From NCBI RefSeq assembly GCF_044704955.1, contig NC_091999.1:50220001-50284000 (forward strand): a stretch of 64,000 nt of DNA, given 5' to 3'. This stretch comes from Pristiophorus japonicus. Lineage: Eukaryota. Shown here piece by piece: positions 62,270 to 64,000 of the stretch. The stretch's first letter is position 1. Every line of letters starts with the position of its first letter. The notes beneath the pieces were generated by a model that saw only the letters and a list, made by a program, of their open reading frames with translations, ran no database searches and was not told where the DNA came from. The translations under genes and the position numbers were made by a program.

Positions 62270-62435
62270 ACATAGACAGATGTTTGAGCGATAAGGGAAT
62301 AAATGGTCATGGGGAGAGCGCAGGGATGTGGAGCTGAGTCCATGATCCGATCAGCCATGATCTTGTTGAATGTCGCAACAGGCTCAAGGAGCCAGGTGGC
62401 CTAATCCTGCTTCTATTTCTTGTGTTCTTATCACA
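62270..62435 (+). mobile_element. CR1 3' end
   Basis: GATCAGCCATGATCTTGTTGAATG...TGGCCTAATCCTGCTTCTATTTCTTGTGTTCTTA. Confidence 0.75.
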
Positions 62436-63759
62436 TTTTCCACCTAGCTACATACGGAGATATTAGGGCAGATATTTAGGGGTGGAATTCCAGAGTTTAG
62501 GGCCGAGGCAGATGAAGGCATGGCGGCCAATTTTGGAGCGATTAAATTGGGATTGCACAAGTGGCCAGAATTGTAGGAGCAGACAGGTCGTGGAAGGTTG
62601 TCGGTTTCAACAGTCTGAAATTAATGCAATTGCATCTTAAACCTTTCCTTTCGTTATTAATTATAGGGATATGGATTTCACTGGCATGTCAGCATTTATT
62701 GCCCGTCCCTTGGTTTCCCCTTGAGAAATTGCTGGTGAGCCATCTGCTTTTCGAACCACTGCAGTTCTGCTCCTTTCAAGTGTTTGATACAACTGGGGGT
62801 GCATGCAGGGCCATTTCAAAGAGCTAATTCACGTTGAGTATGGGACTGGAGTCACATATAGGCCGGACGGGGTAAGGACGGATGATTTCTTTCACAGACG
62901 GGATGTTCGTGTACCCGTTGTTTTTTTTTGCCAAAGCCGATCATTTCATGGTCACTTTTGCTGATACCAGCCTCTCATTTATTTTTTAAAAATCGGAATT
63001 TAAATTCCCAAACTACGCAGGTACCATTTTAATTCGTGCAATAAAATGCTTCGCCCAGGCGTCTGGATTACAAATGGAGTAACATAACGAAAACACCGCT
63101 GCAACTTTTTTAAGGCGTAATGTTCTCTGCCTCAAACAGTGTTTGTGGCAAAATATCCCATGCTCCAACCAATCCTACGCTCGCGTCCATGCATATATTT
63201 TTCCGAGCTTCTGTCACTCTCTTGTTAATATGTTTAATTTGATGACCTTTCTTTACCGATTCCCACAAGCAGAGGAAGCAGTCTTTTCATCTTCTCTCTA
63301 GTAAAGCTACTTTACAACAAAAACTCGATTAGATCGCTTAGACTTATTAGCTTCAATCGAAATCTCAAGTCTAACATCATAAATGCAGTTACAATTGCTA
63401 GGTTCGTCTTTGTCCATATCAGCAGTTAAAGCTTCCAACTTTAATATGATTTCTATAATAGGACATCTTGCTCTACAGACATCAATCTTACAGTAGACCA
63501 ACCAGCCCAGCAGTAAGAGTACTAGACCAGTGACTCACAGTTAGTAAGTTCGAAGCTCCCCAAGCCGTGAAACTGATGTAAAATACAGCTGAAAATATGT
63601 GAGTTGCCAAAAGGAAAGTAGGAAGAAAGCTGACGGATGGTTGTTAAAAACCACAATTGGTTGAATAATATCTTTCATTGTAGGGAAACGGTTCCTCACT
63701 TAACCTGCTTCTCTGCTAATACACTCAGGGCGCCTGGGGATTGGCACGTAAAACCTCGC

Positions 63760-64000
63760 TGTAGTCATTCACCTCCCAGAAACAAAGATAATTTTGAGGC
63801 CTAAAAATTTAGTTGTCCGAGTACAGCAATCACTAAAAGCTAGCGGACTGGACAGCTACACAAATTAGTTAAAAGACTAATGGTGGGCTGGCCTTTATCT
63901 CTAGGGGGCTGGAGTAAAGTGTGGTAGCAATTATGTTAAATCTGTATATATCACTGGTTGGATCCCATTTAGAGTTCGGGTTTCAGTACTGGGGATCACA
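63760..64000 (+). mobile_element. Old CR1 fragment running off the window
   Basis: LAFISRGLE, LYISLVGSHLEFGFQYW remnants. Confidence 0.65.

Noticed and set aside
63307-63501. 64-aa Cys-containing minus-strand ORF
   Set aside because: No recognisable domain or splice context

Overview
Eukaryotic, repeat-rich genomic DNA from a cartilaginous fish (shark-type CR1 LINEs with (CATAGAAA)n tails, Deu-domain SINEs, shark-type IgM exons), with seven N-gaps. Most of the window is transposon debris: nested CR1 LINEs of several ages, RTE and L2 fragments, a complete but decayed Gypsy/Mag LTR element, Penelope-like ends carrying hammerhead-ribozyme motifs, minisatellites and two local tandem duplications. 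Between the repeats, and largely missed by the ORF track, lies a decayed antigen-receptor region. It contains a shark IgM heavy-chain constant region on + (Cmu2 at ~40.0 kb, Cmu3, Cmu4 plus secretory tail, TM1, TM2; no VH/D/JH/Cmu1 visible), followed within 3.5-10 kb by three T-cell receptor alpha/delta-type V segments, each with a 23-bp-spacer RSS (one inverted). An intronless P2Y/LPAR/PAR-like GPCR pseudogene at 8.5-11.9 kb is split by a CR1 inserted just before its DRY motif. Every recognisable host gene is disabled and no intact host protein-coding gene was found. Translations and alignments were done by eye; repeat boundaries are approximate.
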